NCBI GenBank assembly: GCA_964016885.1
Contig: OZ024741.1
Location: 348,688,001 to 348,752,000, forward strand
Reading direction: 5' to 3'
From: Eledone cirrhosa
Lineage: Eukaryota
Length of the DNA stretch: 64,000 nt
Part shown: positions 40,887-53,862 of the stretch, in pieces
Numbering within the stretch: the stretch's first letter is position 1
Layout of the letters: every line of letters begins with the position of its first letter
Translations under genes and position numbers: made by a program
Notes under the pieces: generated by a model
Databases searched by the model: none
What the model was told of the DNA's origin: nothing
What the model saw: only the letters and a program-made list of their open reading frames with translations

Positions 40887-41745
40887 AGATGTACAGAGGG
40901 TACTTGCAGAAACACGACAACAACATACATAGGTGAGACAGCTCGTAGCATAGGTGAAAGGATAGACCAACACTGGGGGGAACTAAAAGGACGAAAAAAC
41001 GGGTCAGTACTATACGAACATGCTAGACAACATCATGACGGTAACATAGACAACATAGAAATTAGAATAATATCTAAACATAGGAATGACCCAGCAGATA
41101 GGCAAATCAGAGAGGCCAGTGAAATAGAAATTAGAAGACCAAAGCTAAACAGAAAGAATGAGTGGAACAACAACAACACCCAAACAAACAACACTGACCT
41201 AAGAGAAGTATAAATAAATAAGTAAATTAAATTAAATAAAATAAGATAAATAAATACATACACAAGCACATAAACACACACTAGTCACCCAGCAGACACA
41301 ACACTATACACACTAGTCACACATCACACATAACACTATACACACACGCAAACGCATGCGCAAAGAAGACAAAATAAAATAAGATAAACAAACAAGCAAA
41401 TAAATAAATAAATAAATATATAGACAGACTGAACAAAAAAAAATGGCGTAGACATACAACACAACAGGAGGAACAATGAATATAACACCACTGACGATGT
41501 TGCAGATGTGCAACGAAAGATTTATGTAAACTATATATATATGTGTTTGTCTATATTGTATCTGTATTATTTTTAACCGCCGGTCAGTCAATGGCAACAT
41601 TGAGGACCGAGTAAGTTAGATCGCAGATATATATATATAAAAGACAGCGAGAAGCGAAAACCAACCAAACAGTGAGTGTGTTCTGTTATTAATTCTGGCA
41701 ATATTACGCAAATATGACCCTCCCCAAATATAACAATATATATAT
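40887..41745 (+). mobile_element. Penelope-like element 3' fragment (GIY-YIG C-terminal half plus terminal repeat), not in the ORF track
   Basis: 40887-41213 translates RCTEGTCRNTTTTYIGETARSIGERIDQH..SVLYEHARQHH..RQIREASEIEIRRPKLNRKNEW; decayed hammerhead at 41487; ends at (TA)n. Confidence 0.85.
41487..41528 (+). ncRNA. Decayed minimal hammerhead ribozyme
   Basis: acca-CTGACGA-t-gttgca gatg tgcaac-GAAA-gatt-TA-tgta; perfect stem II; loop III and stem I appear mutated. Confidence 0.55.
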
Positions 41746-41791
41746 ATATATATGTGTATATATATATATATATATTTGTATGTATATTCGT

Positions 41792-41976
41792 ATGAAAATG
41801 GAAAAACAAGGCCTAGAGAAGCTGTTAAAACAGAAAAATGCTGTTGAAGCGACATTGGATAAAACATTACCTCGAAGGAAAGAAATCAGGGGCTTCGAAG
41901 CAATGTTTTACCCAACGTTATTTCGACAGCATTTTGCTGTTTTAACACCTTCCTTACGCCGAGTTTTTCCATTTTC
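41792..41976. repeat. Imperfect inverted repeat, ~85-bp arms
   Basis: tgaaaatggaaaaac/gtttttccattttca and gttaaaacag..atgctgttgaa/ttcgacagcat..ctgttttaac. Confidence 0.75.
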
Positions 41977-42041
41977 AAAGGAATTCTAATACACTCGCGT
42001 TTCATAACACTATACGCGAGTTAAATGTATTTATATATATA

Positions 42042-42123
<82 letters not shown>

Positions 42124-42176
42124 GACACACACACACACAGACACACACACACACACACGCACGCACACACACACAC

Positions 42177-42215
<39 letters not shown>

Positions 42216-42298
42216 TATATATATATATGTATAAAATATTAAAAAAATAATGAATAAAACAAAGAAACAGTTCCTTATATTAAACAAAAAAAGTTCAT

Positions 42299-42430
42299 TA
42301 TTTAACGATCGTTTCTAGGACATATATGTGTTAGAATTGGCATGCATATTCAAAAGATCTATGTACAAAATTATACAAACTATCAAGGAGATATACATAC
42401 CATCACATATATATGCTGTCTTCAGAAATA
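42299..42430 (-). ncRNA. Hammerhead ribozyme with long stem II (family shared with 55452 and 60854)
   Basis: tattt-CTGAAGA-..-GAAAC-gatc-GTT-aaata; lies within repeat 42229-42430 next to (TA)n. Confidence 0.78.
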
Positions 42431-42777
42431 CGTGCCACAGATATAAGTATTAATCCAGATTATAAATAAAATGACTTAGGAGTTTCTACATCTGACCTTT
42501 GCATTTATCAATATAGCACATATATATGTGTGTGTCTGTGTGCGTGTGTGTCTGTATTTCTGTTTGTGTAAGTGTGTGTGTGTGTATGCATAACTACACT
42601 TTAATTTCCATATCCTCAAATATTTTATCGCGTATCTCTCTATGTCACTTCAACGTTTTTAGTGTTTACCATTTGAAAATAATCCGACAAATATTTCTGC
42701 TTCTGTGTCATTCTTTATATGTCCATGAAATATTAACGATTTACCCACAATTCCACACACTCACACACACACACACA

Positions 42778-42905
<128 letters not shown>

Positions 42906-43575
42906 TCACACACACGGTCACATATATATTCACACATACATAAACATATATATGTGTGGGGATGAAATTTGTACGTGTTGAAGCAGTAGACAGGCTTGAT
43001 GGCTAATCAACACTAAACAACCAACGTTCATACGCATATAAAGATAAACATGAAAAATATCAATGAACAAAAGCTGTACGCTGACGAAGACAAAACTAAA
43101 AGGTTTCATATCAAAAAGGAAAAATACCGAGTCTTACACCAACGTTCCGCATCAAATCTCCTTCACGGAATATTAAACCAAGACGTACACAGTTCTATAT
43201 GAAAATACCAGCGCAATTCAAGATTTTGGCCGAAATTCTCAGGGATCCTTGATGACACATCACATCATTTTCAAAGAGTCGTGAGAAATGAAAGAAGACG
43301 GGAGAATAGCAGAGTTACTGTTCCCTCATCTTCTTTTGTTACGTACGATTACTTCAGATCAAGAGTCAATATGGCTACAACTCGGAGGAAAGGAAACATG
43401 CAAAAACAAAAACAAAACTAAACGAAAATGTTAATATTAACTCTAATCATGTATCCTACACAAAAATGCATTTATACTTAGCTATGTATACAAACGTTAC
43501 TGAGAATTTGATTCAGATGCATATACTCAAACACCAGAAGATAAATGTGAAATATACGTTAATATGAACCTCACT

Positions 43576-43607
<32 letters not shown>

Positions 43608-43711
43608 GCGCGCATGTGTGTGTGTGCGTGTGCGTGTGTGTGTATGTGTGTGTGCATGTTTGTGTGTGTATGTGTGCCTATGTGTATATGTGGGTGTGTA
43701 TTCATATGTAT

Positions 43712-43812
<101 letters not shown>

Positions 43813-44029
43813 GAATCGTAGATATACATATAGATATATAGATATAGAGAGAGATCAGGATTTTACCAGTTTTAAAATAGTAAGACAATTATTCAGCAAA
43901 GTACTCTATACTTAGGAAAGTAGAATGTAAATACTTTACTGAGTCGAAACATGAAGAGCTCAGCCGTCGGGCCCCGACTCTTCTTCACCCACTCATTCCA
44001 GAGTGGGTCAAAGTTTCCTTCCAGCTGTT

Positions 44030-44900
44030 TCTGTCAGAAGCAACCGTCTACACCTGATTCGACTGGATCCCTAAGCGAGACTAGACAAGCTCATGGATTT
44101 TATCCATCCATGTTGCTCTGGGAGTACTCGTGGGTCACCTGCCGGTTGGGTGTTCTCGTAAAATCTGTCCAGCGATTATTTCCTAATAAATTCTAACCAC
44201 ATGCCCCCAGTATACGAGCTGTGATGTCTCAATCTGAAGAAGTAGCGATCTACCTGGAGTGAGTCTTTGATCTCCTAGCTACGCACTCAACTGAGTAAAG
44301 TTACTCCATAGACCCTCCATTGGAAACCCATTACGGCTGCATTTATTCGCGATCGTATTCTGTCGGTTGTTACTCAAGTTGCATGACCATAGTTAATAGC
44401 TGACACGAATACCGAAATGAAAATAATGCATTTGGCATTTACAGTTACTTTCCTTCTTCTGATTACCGACTGCTGACTGTGGTGCATTACTGCACTTGTT
44501 CCTGCAATTCTCGCACATAATTCAGCTTCCTGCTTTCTACCACTCGTGAACATGGCCCCGAGATTCTTGATCTTCTCCACCATTCTTCAGTGGAAATCAA
44601 ATCACATGTAAAGTGCACTGGGCAGGCTTCCTTGAGAGGACAACTGTTTCAGTTTTCGCAGCACTGATTTTCATTCCAGCCATGCAGCACTCAGCCTCAA
44701 TCTTTTCAAGTGAAAGTCGGAAATCACCTTCTATCGAGTTAAGTAACACCATGTAGACTGCAAATTGCAGTCGACTGACTTTACAGTTGTGATACCACTT
44801 CCAACCAGGCAGCGCATTTCAATCATGATCATGAAAATAATGAACAGGAGAGGTGACAATACGCACTCTTGGCGGAATCCCATTACATTGAATGGTTTCG
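44030..44900 (-). mobile_element. Decayed RTE-clade LINE fragment
   Basis: GFRQECVLSPLLFIIFM, VEKIKNLGAMFTSGRKQEAELCARIAG, FISVFVSAINYGH, and a C-terminal GR.P..PRATW-like motif. Confidence 0.75.
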
Positions 44901-44964
44901 TTTTAGCTCAGCACCATTTTTCCGACAGAAGGTACCGACTCTCTAACATATATATGTGTATATA

Positions 44965-45093
<129 letters not shown>

Positions 45094-45221
45094 ATGCTTT
45101 GGGAGGGTCATGTTGCCAATAAGAAACACACGCACCAGTTGCTTTCACTCCCAAAGCATAACAATATCGGTTTCCACAGAGGTTTTCAGATAAAGAATCT
45201 TGCTAAACAAATTCAGAAACG

Positions 45222-45290
<69 letters not shown>

Positions 45291-47277
45291 TGGTTACACA
45301 AAAGTTAGTTCACCATACCGAGAACAATTGTTTTACCTTAGTGGATCCGCTAAGGTGAAACAGTATGTGTGTATGTGAGTGCATATGTGTGTCGGCACAA
45401 AATTTAAAAAATGTCCATATACATGAAATCAATGTGTTTGAATTCAAACTTATATATACATCCATATTCCACTTACAAAAACTAACTAAACTTCGAATTT
45501 ACTTTTGTGTTTAACAGTCGCTGAATTCTCATCTAGTCCTATATGTATCCATACAACCACTTCAAATTCAAACACGCTCTCTTTTCCTTAATGTTATGCA
45601 TTTATTTTTCTAATTCGGCCCTAATATTTTACAGATAATTCGTTTTGAAAGTTTTTGTCTATTTTAACTTATTCTCTTTCCATATATAAAAGCTGCATTC
45701 CCCGTTTGTATCCGTACATTGACATTGTTTGATAATCGCTCGAATATGTTCGTGAGTGAGAAATTTTTTAGAAATTATTACAATACAAAATCTTTAATTG
45801 TTGCTATAAATATCTATAATAACTTCATATATATGTTTACCTATAAGTTTCGGCCATCTATGTTTAATACATAATATATATCCATGAATATGATTGCATA
45901 TGTTTCTGTGCCCAGTTAAAGATTAACTCCCATAAATGCTGTAGCATTTCATTTTCAGTATATTTATTTTCGTCTATACAGTAGGTGACCATGCCTCACA
46001 TACATACAAGGAGATTAAGATTATTACTTCAAGCAGGATTTTCATGCTCTTCTTTATGTTAATGTTTCTGCCTCTATACACTATGTTAATTATGGTAAAT
46101 ATAGCCATTCTCTGTATGTTTGTGGCAAGGATGTCTGAGGATGTTGTTTGTCATCAATGATCTCCCACACGTATTCACTAATATATATATATATATATTG
46201 AGAGAGAGAGAGAGGAATAGAAAGTTTTGGCAGGCTTCCATACAATTTCCGCTTTATAAATTCAACTTGCATGATATTGATCAAAGTTTTCCTATGACTG
46301 CAGGCAGATTCCATGCTTTCTCCATATATATATATATATATATATCTTTCTCTCTCACTCTCGCTATATATATATGTTTACATCTCTATATGTGTGTATG
46401 GTACGCTCAATTATGCCTCCGGTTGGGCTACAATCAGATTAATCATAAATGAAACATATTTTTCATTAACCTTAATTGACCTTCTCACGCAACCCTAGCT
46501 GTGTCAAGTTCCAACATATGAATCTTTATGCGAGAAATATCATTTAAATTAAAACAAACTGAAGATCTCTATTATTTTACAACTAATCAAACCAGGATGT
46601 CCATGCTTGGCAACCGTCGTGAAGCGGCTGATAAACAGCGTGCGAATTAATTATGCGGATCAATTTCAATTAAGATTTGACGCAAATGACTAATCACTTA
46701 TCTAACAACACTGAGGCCTGGAAAAAAAGATAGCCGTCTGAATCTACACAATAAGAACATCGTCACCTCTCCTTAATCGCTCGATCGTCTAGAGACCAGA
46801 GCAACATATTCTTCAAATTATGAAGAAATATAAGAACATAATGTATTGTGATACCTTGTATGTCAGAATAAAATGTTATTTAGTGCCTGAATAAAAACTT
46901 TGATGAGATGAAGTAAATGTTTACGTATGACTTGTTATAACATACATATCTATGATTGTATATATCCTCATTTCTAACTTAGTAAAAACATTTCCTCTCT
47001 TGTATCCCTTATAATTAAACGGAATTGTGTCTCATCTATGGAAAGGTTTATTGATCATTGTCTAATATGTCGAATCAACAGTGGATTAAAAACAATTATG
47101 AAGCGATCATCAAAGGTGAATAATCTCATTCACCGCTTTAATAATCGTATTTCCTTATGTGTTAATGAGAAATGCTACATTTGTTGCTGTTATCATAATT
47201 GTGGTCGTCCTCTACAACCTTGCATTCTAGTGGATAGTTGTTTACTGATCAACTGTGCACATATAAACCGTGATAAA

Positions 47278-47376
<99 letters not shown>

Positions 47377-47467
47377 CGAAGGAAATGTGGTGAGGAACCA
47401 GGTGGACCATCACGCACCAAAGTACTCAATACTTAGGGTAGTAGAGTGAGTAATAGGAACGAGTAGG

Positions 47468-47564
47468 ACCCCGACGGCCTGAGCTAAAGCCGTTTCGACG
47501 GCTAATTCTGGACTAAATGAAAATGTTTATCCTGGTATATGAATAGCCGAGCTTCTCAGGGGGT
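47468..47564 (-). ncRNA. Hammerhead ribozyme (C3/A8 variant), mirror of 50309-50404
   Basis: acccc-CTGAGAA-g..c-GAAAC-ggc..gcc-GTC-ggggt. Confidence 0.65.
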
Positions 47565-48279
47565 AATCCATATATGGTAAAAGTGATTGTCACAAGGATT
47601 GGTCAAAAGTTTGTTGTTGAGACACATAATTCTATCATGGCAATTTGTGGAAGGAAGGTGTAGCTGAAACTGCCAGTAGAAGGAAGAGGGAGAGGGGTGG
47701 AGGAAACCCAGTTGTGCGTTGATAGTGCCAACTACAGCAGGGCAGGAGGTCAAGGAAGTATAGTAGGGGGGGGGGGGACGTGCTCGAAACAATAAGTAAA
47801 ATAATATGGGGTAAATATATATAGAAAAATACCGAGAATGTTAAAAAAAACAATTAAATATAAAAAAAAACAGTTTCTGGTTACTATAACCTAAGGACAG
47901 CTACCAAGTCTCTCACTGGTACTGCTAGACTAAAGAAAGATTTACTAGGTGGGACGGAATTATAATGAGACCCTTTTAAGAGGTAATAGTAATCAACCAT
48001 GTATATCTTACGGTGACATGTCAACAAAATACTGAAGAAACTACCACGAAATAATAATTCAGAGTCCCGAGACTAATACGAAATAATGGTTTCTACTCTA
48101 GGCACAAGGCAGCAACCACCCAGTGCAAAAATGAACTAATACGAAATAATAATTCAGAATCCCGAAAAAGAATACTAATACTATATCTAAGGGTGCTGCT
48201 ACGATACAAAAATTCTTGTGCAAACTACATAAATGCTCGTACGAAGTATATGAAAAATTTGATACGGAAAATTAATTCA

Positions 48280-49221
48280 ATCCTAGGAACATCACCAATA
48301 ACCTGGTTAAAAACATCTCCCTCCGCATATCTCGTTTGTCTGCTAATGAGCAGATATTCGAGGAACATGCGCCTTATTACAACCAGGCCCTCAAGCGGAG
48401 TGGTTTCCGGGAGGAAATATCCTACTGTCCAGCTTCCATTAGCGGAACCAGCAGGCGACAGCGCCGCTCACGCAATGTAACATGGTTCAATCCTCCCCTC
48501 AACGCCGAGATGACAACTCCTATCGGGAAAATCTTCTTTAGGCTCATTGAAAAACACTTCCCACTACAACACCGCTACCACAATATAATTAACAAAAATA
48601 CCATAAAACTCTCCTACAGCACCACACCAAACTTTGCACAAAACATCGTCTCCTCTAACAACAAAAAGCCCAACAAGAAATAACCTAAATAGCAGTGGAG
48701 AGCCGACCAGGAGGTGCAACTGTCCTGATGGATCCATGTGCCCCCTCGACAACAGATGCAGAGATCGTAATGTGATCTACCAGTGCAACGTGAGGACGGA
48801 CACCTCCAACAAAGCTTATATAGGATTAACCGCATGTGACTTCAAGACCCGGCTATACCAACACAGACATACCTTCCGAAACCCGGCCCGGCGTCACGCC
48901 ACTACACTTTCGGGCCACATCTGGGACCTCAAGGATAACAATATTACCTATGATCTCACTTGGAGCTTACTGTCCAGAGCCGACTCTTACACGGGAGGAC
49001 GCCGTCCGTGCAATTTATGCTCGGAGGAAACTTTACAAATGCTGTTTTCAACGGACCAACTCCTAAACAAGAAAGATGAACTGGTAACTGCATGCAAACA
49101 CAGATTGCGTAGGACTTACCTCACCCTCAAACCCCATAATGACCCGCGGGGGGGGGTAGACAAGGGCTATAACACCCCACTTGCTGACTTTGTAATGGGT
49201 AACACCTGCTTGCAAAGGTAG
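48280..49221 (+). pseudogene. PLE RT-thumb, linker and GIY-YIG endonuclease remnant (frameshift near 48680)
   Basis: PRNITNNLVKNISLRISRLS..YNQALKRSGF, TWFNPP, TIKLSYS, CNCPDGSMCPL, NVIYQC..AYIGLT..FKTRLYQH, CNLCSEE, LLNKKDELVTACKH. Confidence 0.92.
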
Positions 49222-50308
49222 ACGTAAGATCTTCTTTTATATCTTTTTATCGCTTCCTCTATATTTCCTTCTTCCTCATACCTCCCTAGTCCTTCCACCC
49301 GAGTCCACTTTCTTTGTCGTCGTCCTTTTCACTTTCTCGCCCACCCGAGGCAGCCCCTGGGTCCTTTGTAGCCTCAGTACCCCCCACCCCCTTCCCCTAT
49401 TCTATGCTAGAATTGGTCGACTCCGCTTTTTATAGCAGATTTGATAGACCCCGGGTACTTGCCTTCTTATCCTATGGCTGCCCCTTTTCCGTGATTTCTA
49501 CATTTCTTAGTGGTATCTTTGCTTTAATTTCTCGTATATCAGTATTTTTTTATATGGGGGGGGGGGGGGGGGGGGTTCTGAATTAATTTTCCGTGTCAAA
49601 TTTTTCATATACTTCGTACAAGCATTTATGTAGTTTGCACTAGAATATTTGTATCGTAGCGCAACCCTTAGAGATAGCATTAGTATTCTTTTTCGGGATT
49701 CTGAATTATTATTTCGTATTAGTTTATTTTTTGCACTGGGTGGTTGCTGGCCTTGTGCCTAGGGTAGAAACCATTATTTCGTATTAGTGTCGGGACTCTG
49801 AATTATTATTTCGTGGTAGTTTCTTCAGTATTTTGGCCCCCCACTTGTTGACCCGTCACCGTAAGATATACTCGGTTGATTACTAATACCTCTTAAAAGG
49901 GTCTCATTATAATTCCGTCCCACCTAGTAAACCTTTCTTTAGTCTAGCAGTACCAGTGAGAGACTTGATAGCTGTCCTTAGGTTATAGTAACCAGAAATT
50001 TTTTTTTTTATATTTAATTGTTTTTATAACATTCTCGGTATTTTTCTATATATTTACCCCATATTGTTTTACTTATTGTTTCGACCAGCTCCCCCTCCCC
50101 CTCCCTACTATACTTCCTTGACCTCCTGCCCTGTTGTAGTTGGCAATATCAACGCACGACTGGGTTTCCTCCACGCCCTCTCGCTCTTTCTTCTACTGGC
50201 AGTTTCAGCTACACCTTCCTTCCACAAATTGCCATGATAGAATTATGTGTCTCAACAACAAGCTTTTGGCCAATCCTTGTGACAATCACTTTTACCATAT
50301 ATGGAATT

Positions 50309-50404
50309 ACCCCCTGAGAAGCTCGGCTATTCATATACCAGGATAAAAATGTTCATTTAGTCCAGAATTAGCCGTCGAAACGGCTTGAGCTCAGCCGTCG
50401 GGGT
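50309..50404 (+). ncRNA. Hammerhead ribozyme (C3/A8 variant) with palindromic TGAGCTCA in stem-loop III
   Basis: acccc-CTGAGAA-gctcggct..agccgtc-GAAAC-ggct tgagctc agcc-GTC-ggggt. Confidence 0.7.
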
Positions 50405-50876
50405 CCTACTCGTTCCTATATATATATATGTACTTATGTGTATATTATATATATATAAGCGTGTGTGAGTGTTTTCATCGAGATAATCGTAGTTTACACC
50501 TTTAGAAATGTATCTTTGCAACATATCCGTTACTTACAAACTTCTGAGCAAATAAAGAGACGTAGAGGCCTGTAGTTATGCAAACAATATTTTATTTACA
50601 TTTTGCAAACAGATTTGTTTCAGACTAATAGCAGTGATGACTGTCATTCAACAATGCGTTTCTAATGGAATGATGGAACGGCATTGCACCAGTATGTTTA
50701 ACATATATATTTCTAATGGAATGATGGAATGCCACTGCACCATATATATATATATATTTTTTTTTTTATGGTAGCTAAGATGCTTCCATAGGCGGTATGC
50801 CGGTTGAGCACTCTATGCTCCTATGGAGCAGAGTATGATGGAATGCAAAACGAAATATCAGTGTTACATCGGAACT

Positions 50877-51064
50877 AAATTTATTGTGTGTTACAATTGT
50901 TTCCCCGGCGAACAGCTCGAGGTGCGATCTGTGTGTGGATCGACCTGCGAGTCCAGAGTCAGGTCGATCCACACACAGATCGCCCCTCGAGCTGTTCGCC
51001 GGGGAAACAATTGTAACACAATAAATTGAGTTACGATGCATCACTGATTTTTCGTTTTCCATTC
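50877..51064. mobile_element. Short PLE-terminus hairpin (~70-bp arms) with a one-sided tail; related to 53861-54005
   Basis: Arms 50878-50947 and 50960-51027; each carries the hammerhead 3' half GAAAC-aatt-GTA; the tail runs to (TA)n. Confidence 0.75.
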
Positions 51065-51073
51065 TATATATAT

Positions 51074-51128
<55 letters not shown>

Positions 51129-52037
51129 TGTTTCTTTTATTTGCCACCAGGGCATCAAAAGTGGAACAAGTACAAAGGGGGGAGTTTACAAAACAGGGCG
51201 TCCTCAATAAGGAGGAGGCAATAACAAAATATAAAAATAAAATAAAATATAACAGAATAGAATTTATAACAAAATCCTCAATAGAGAGGGGGCGCCTTGG
51301 GGTGTCGCACACACCCCCGAAAAAAGTGTGCAACCCTTTTTCTCAGCAGCACAGAGACGGGGTGCTCCCTTGGTCTTTCATCTTCCTCACCTATAGTCTG
51401 ATATAGAGTGAAGGCCCATTCACACGGGCCATTCTCGCCACTTTCACCCATCTTTCTTCAGTTGTTGGCCAGAGAGAAAGGTGACCTCAGTCCTTTCAGA
51501 CGCGTCCACCATACAACCTCTTTCGCCATGGCTATTACGCACAGAAACACCGCCTCTCCTTCGTTTTTGAAGAGGGGAGGCGGCTTGATCGTTACAATAG
51601 ACTCGGTGGTCAACCGGATCGGTCCCACCCTTGACAGCAGTTGTTCGACATAGCCCCACAGATCAGCAATGCCCGAGCAGTGTACCAATGCGTGTGCAAC
51701 GGTTTCCTCGTCGCACACGCATCTGGGACAGATCTTTTTCGAGGGGTCCCTACCCGGGCGCCCGTGTCTGTAGAGCCTTTCTCGAACGGGAAGAGCCCTT
51801 CTGTAGCACTGCCAGGCCAGACACCTCTGGAAGTTATCCATGTGTCCCGGGCTGAATGTCCTACCGAACAGGTTGGCCAGTTCGTCTTCCTCCATGCCTA
51901 GGGCTTCTCCGAGGGCGTCGTCGCACCTGCTAACCACCAGCCCTCTATAGAATGACGAGGTGGATTCTCCACTGACAGCCGGGTCCGCCTGCCAGAGAGC
52001 CGTGAGCGCCTGGACACACTAGGTGTGCCAGGCGCCC
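51129..52037 (-). mobile_element. 5'-truncated Tx1-like LINE related to the 23191 element, inserted in (GATA)n/(TATC)n
   Basis: MDNFQRCLAWQCYRRALPVRERLYRHG..CPRC..ETVAHALVHC..AMAKEVVWWTRLKG aligns with 28289-28942; aataaa near the 3' end; (GATA)n on both flanks. Confidence 0.9.
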
Positions 52038-52106
52038 AGATAGATAGATAAAATACTTAAGTGAAATATGTAAAATTTGGCTTCGTCTATTACAAATTAT
52101 AGATAT

Positions 52107-52161
52107 ACTGCTATATATATTTCGGTGACAGCCATCAATGGCTGTGACCTATTCAGGCAGT
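52107..52161 (-). ncRNA. Hammerhead copy with a core mutation (CTGAATA)
   Basis: actgc-CTGAATA-ggtcacagcca..tggctgtcacc-GAAA-tatata-TA-gcagt. Confidence 0.6.
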
Positions 52162-52375
52162 CCGAATTGGTGTGGGAATGACAGGTACACATGTTGTTGA
52201 AGTGTGTTTTACTCAGTCAATCCATCGATATGTTCAGCTCTTGCTAGTGTTGTTATTTCCTCGCAGGTCGACACACAGAAATGACAACACTACCAGGAGC
52301 TGGACATGTCGATGGATTGACGGAGTAAAACACACTTCAACAACATGTGTACCTGTCCTTCCCACACCAATTCGG

Positions 52376-52430
52376 ACTGTCTGAAGAGGTCACAGCCAAT
52401 GATGGCTGTCACCGAAATATATATAGCAGT
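52376..52430 (+). ncRNA. Type-I hammerhead ribozyme, canonical core
   Basis: actgt-CTGAAGA-ggtcacagcca atga tggctgtcacc-GAAA-tatata-TA-gcagt. Confidence 0.85.
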
Positions 52431-52589
52431 ATATCTATAATTTGTAATAAACGAAGCCAAATTTTACATATTTGACCTAATTATGTTACATTACTCCGGA
52501 GTAAACAAACCAACCTGCGTACTTCGTGGAGTACTACATTTTACATACTGAGGTGTCAGTAAACAGCCAACATATACTTAATATATATT

Positions 52590-52670
<81 letters not shown>

Positions 52671-53165
52671 ATATGGGTGAGAAGAATACTGCTGGTTGCA
52701 CATGGATAACATGTTATAAAATGAGTCCCTCATCAGTGATTTACCAAACGATCATGTGTATTTCATCGCATTAAAAATCATATACCTCACGTTGGAGCGA
52801 TAATAACTAAAATAAGTTATTACGACAATAGAAACGCGTAAAGCGAGTGAGACAAGTAAACAACACAGGGGGAAGCTAACCGAAGATGGAAATAAACACA
52901 AGCAACATAGTTATTCTTTCAGCGTAAGCTCTGTGAATATATGAGCGAGTCAGAAAACAGACCTTTCGCTAGTGAATCCGGTGTTAGAAAGAATGAAAAC
53001 CGTTTTCTCAGCGAACGGGAGGAAGAAAGAAGGGGAGAAACAGGGACTGAGTGAGTGGGAGTGCGAGGAAGAGGTCAGTAGAGAGAAAGAGTTAACTGAC
53101 ATGGCAGAGGGGACGAAAGAAAGTAAGAGAAACAGAGAGAACGAGGGAGCAGTAAGAGAGAAAGA

Positions 53166-53252
<87 letters not shown>

Positions 53253-53806
53253 TGTAGTTAGGGGCTCTAGCCCTAGTGCTGTTAAATATCCTCAATTTTA
53301 GCCGCCCTAGATAGATATTAACATATGTATAACCGAAATTAGAATTTTTATTTTCGATTTAGCATGCCAGATTATATAAATGTAAATATGGGTTTATCGA
53401 ATGATAATAATAATAATCGATTACTGTGCAGAGCATAGTAAGGCCGCTTGCCTGAAAACGAATCGAATATATTATTATTGATAAACCCATACTTACATAT
53501 ATATATATATAATTCTATGTGTATGTGGGTATGTGCGTCTGTGTCTGTGTGTATAAAAGAGATTGTATATATATATATATATTGCAAGCATTGCGATATT
53601 TCACCAATAAATGTTCGTTGTTATTTATAAACTTTTTCTTAAAGAATGCCTGTATAATGAAAAAAGATTACATGCAAATCAGAATTATATTAATCTTTCT
53701 TTTGCCAAAGAGACAAGCAAATCCTAATATCAATTTAGACATTGTCGAATCAAGGGAGAATTTGGTGATGAGGTCTGTGATGCGAGTAAATATATATATA
53801 TATATA

Positions 53807-53862
<56 letters not shown>

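Larger units (their letters stand above)
47375..50418. mobile_element. Penelope-like element insertion with ~0.85-kb inverted terminal repeats
   Basis: 47455-48279 is the reverse complement of 49579-50418. An extra tail at 47375-47454 is on the left arm only. The coding remnant lies in the middle. (TA)n flanks both sides. Confidence 0.92.
52062..52582. mobile_element. Non-coding PLE terminus hairpin: ~197-bp inverted arms plus a right-side tail
   Basis: 52062-52258 is the reverse complement of 52277-52473; tail 52474-52582 runs to (TA)n; each arm has a hammerhead. Confidence 0.85.

Noticed and set aside
43081-43112. CTGACGA-agac..gttt motif
   Set aside because: It is followed by CATA rather than GAAA, and no other stems form
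45160-45195. Minus-strand CTGAAAA..GAAA-ccga-TA motif
   Set aside because: Stems I and II are too weak to support a call
52780-53165. Possible minus-strand first exon with a GT donor near 52785
   Set aside because: No coding or promoter evidence; a donor-like word alone is insufficient
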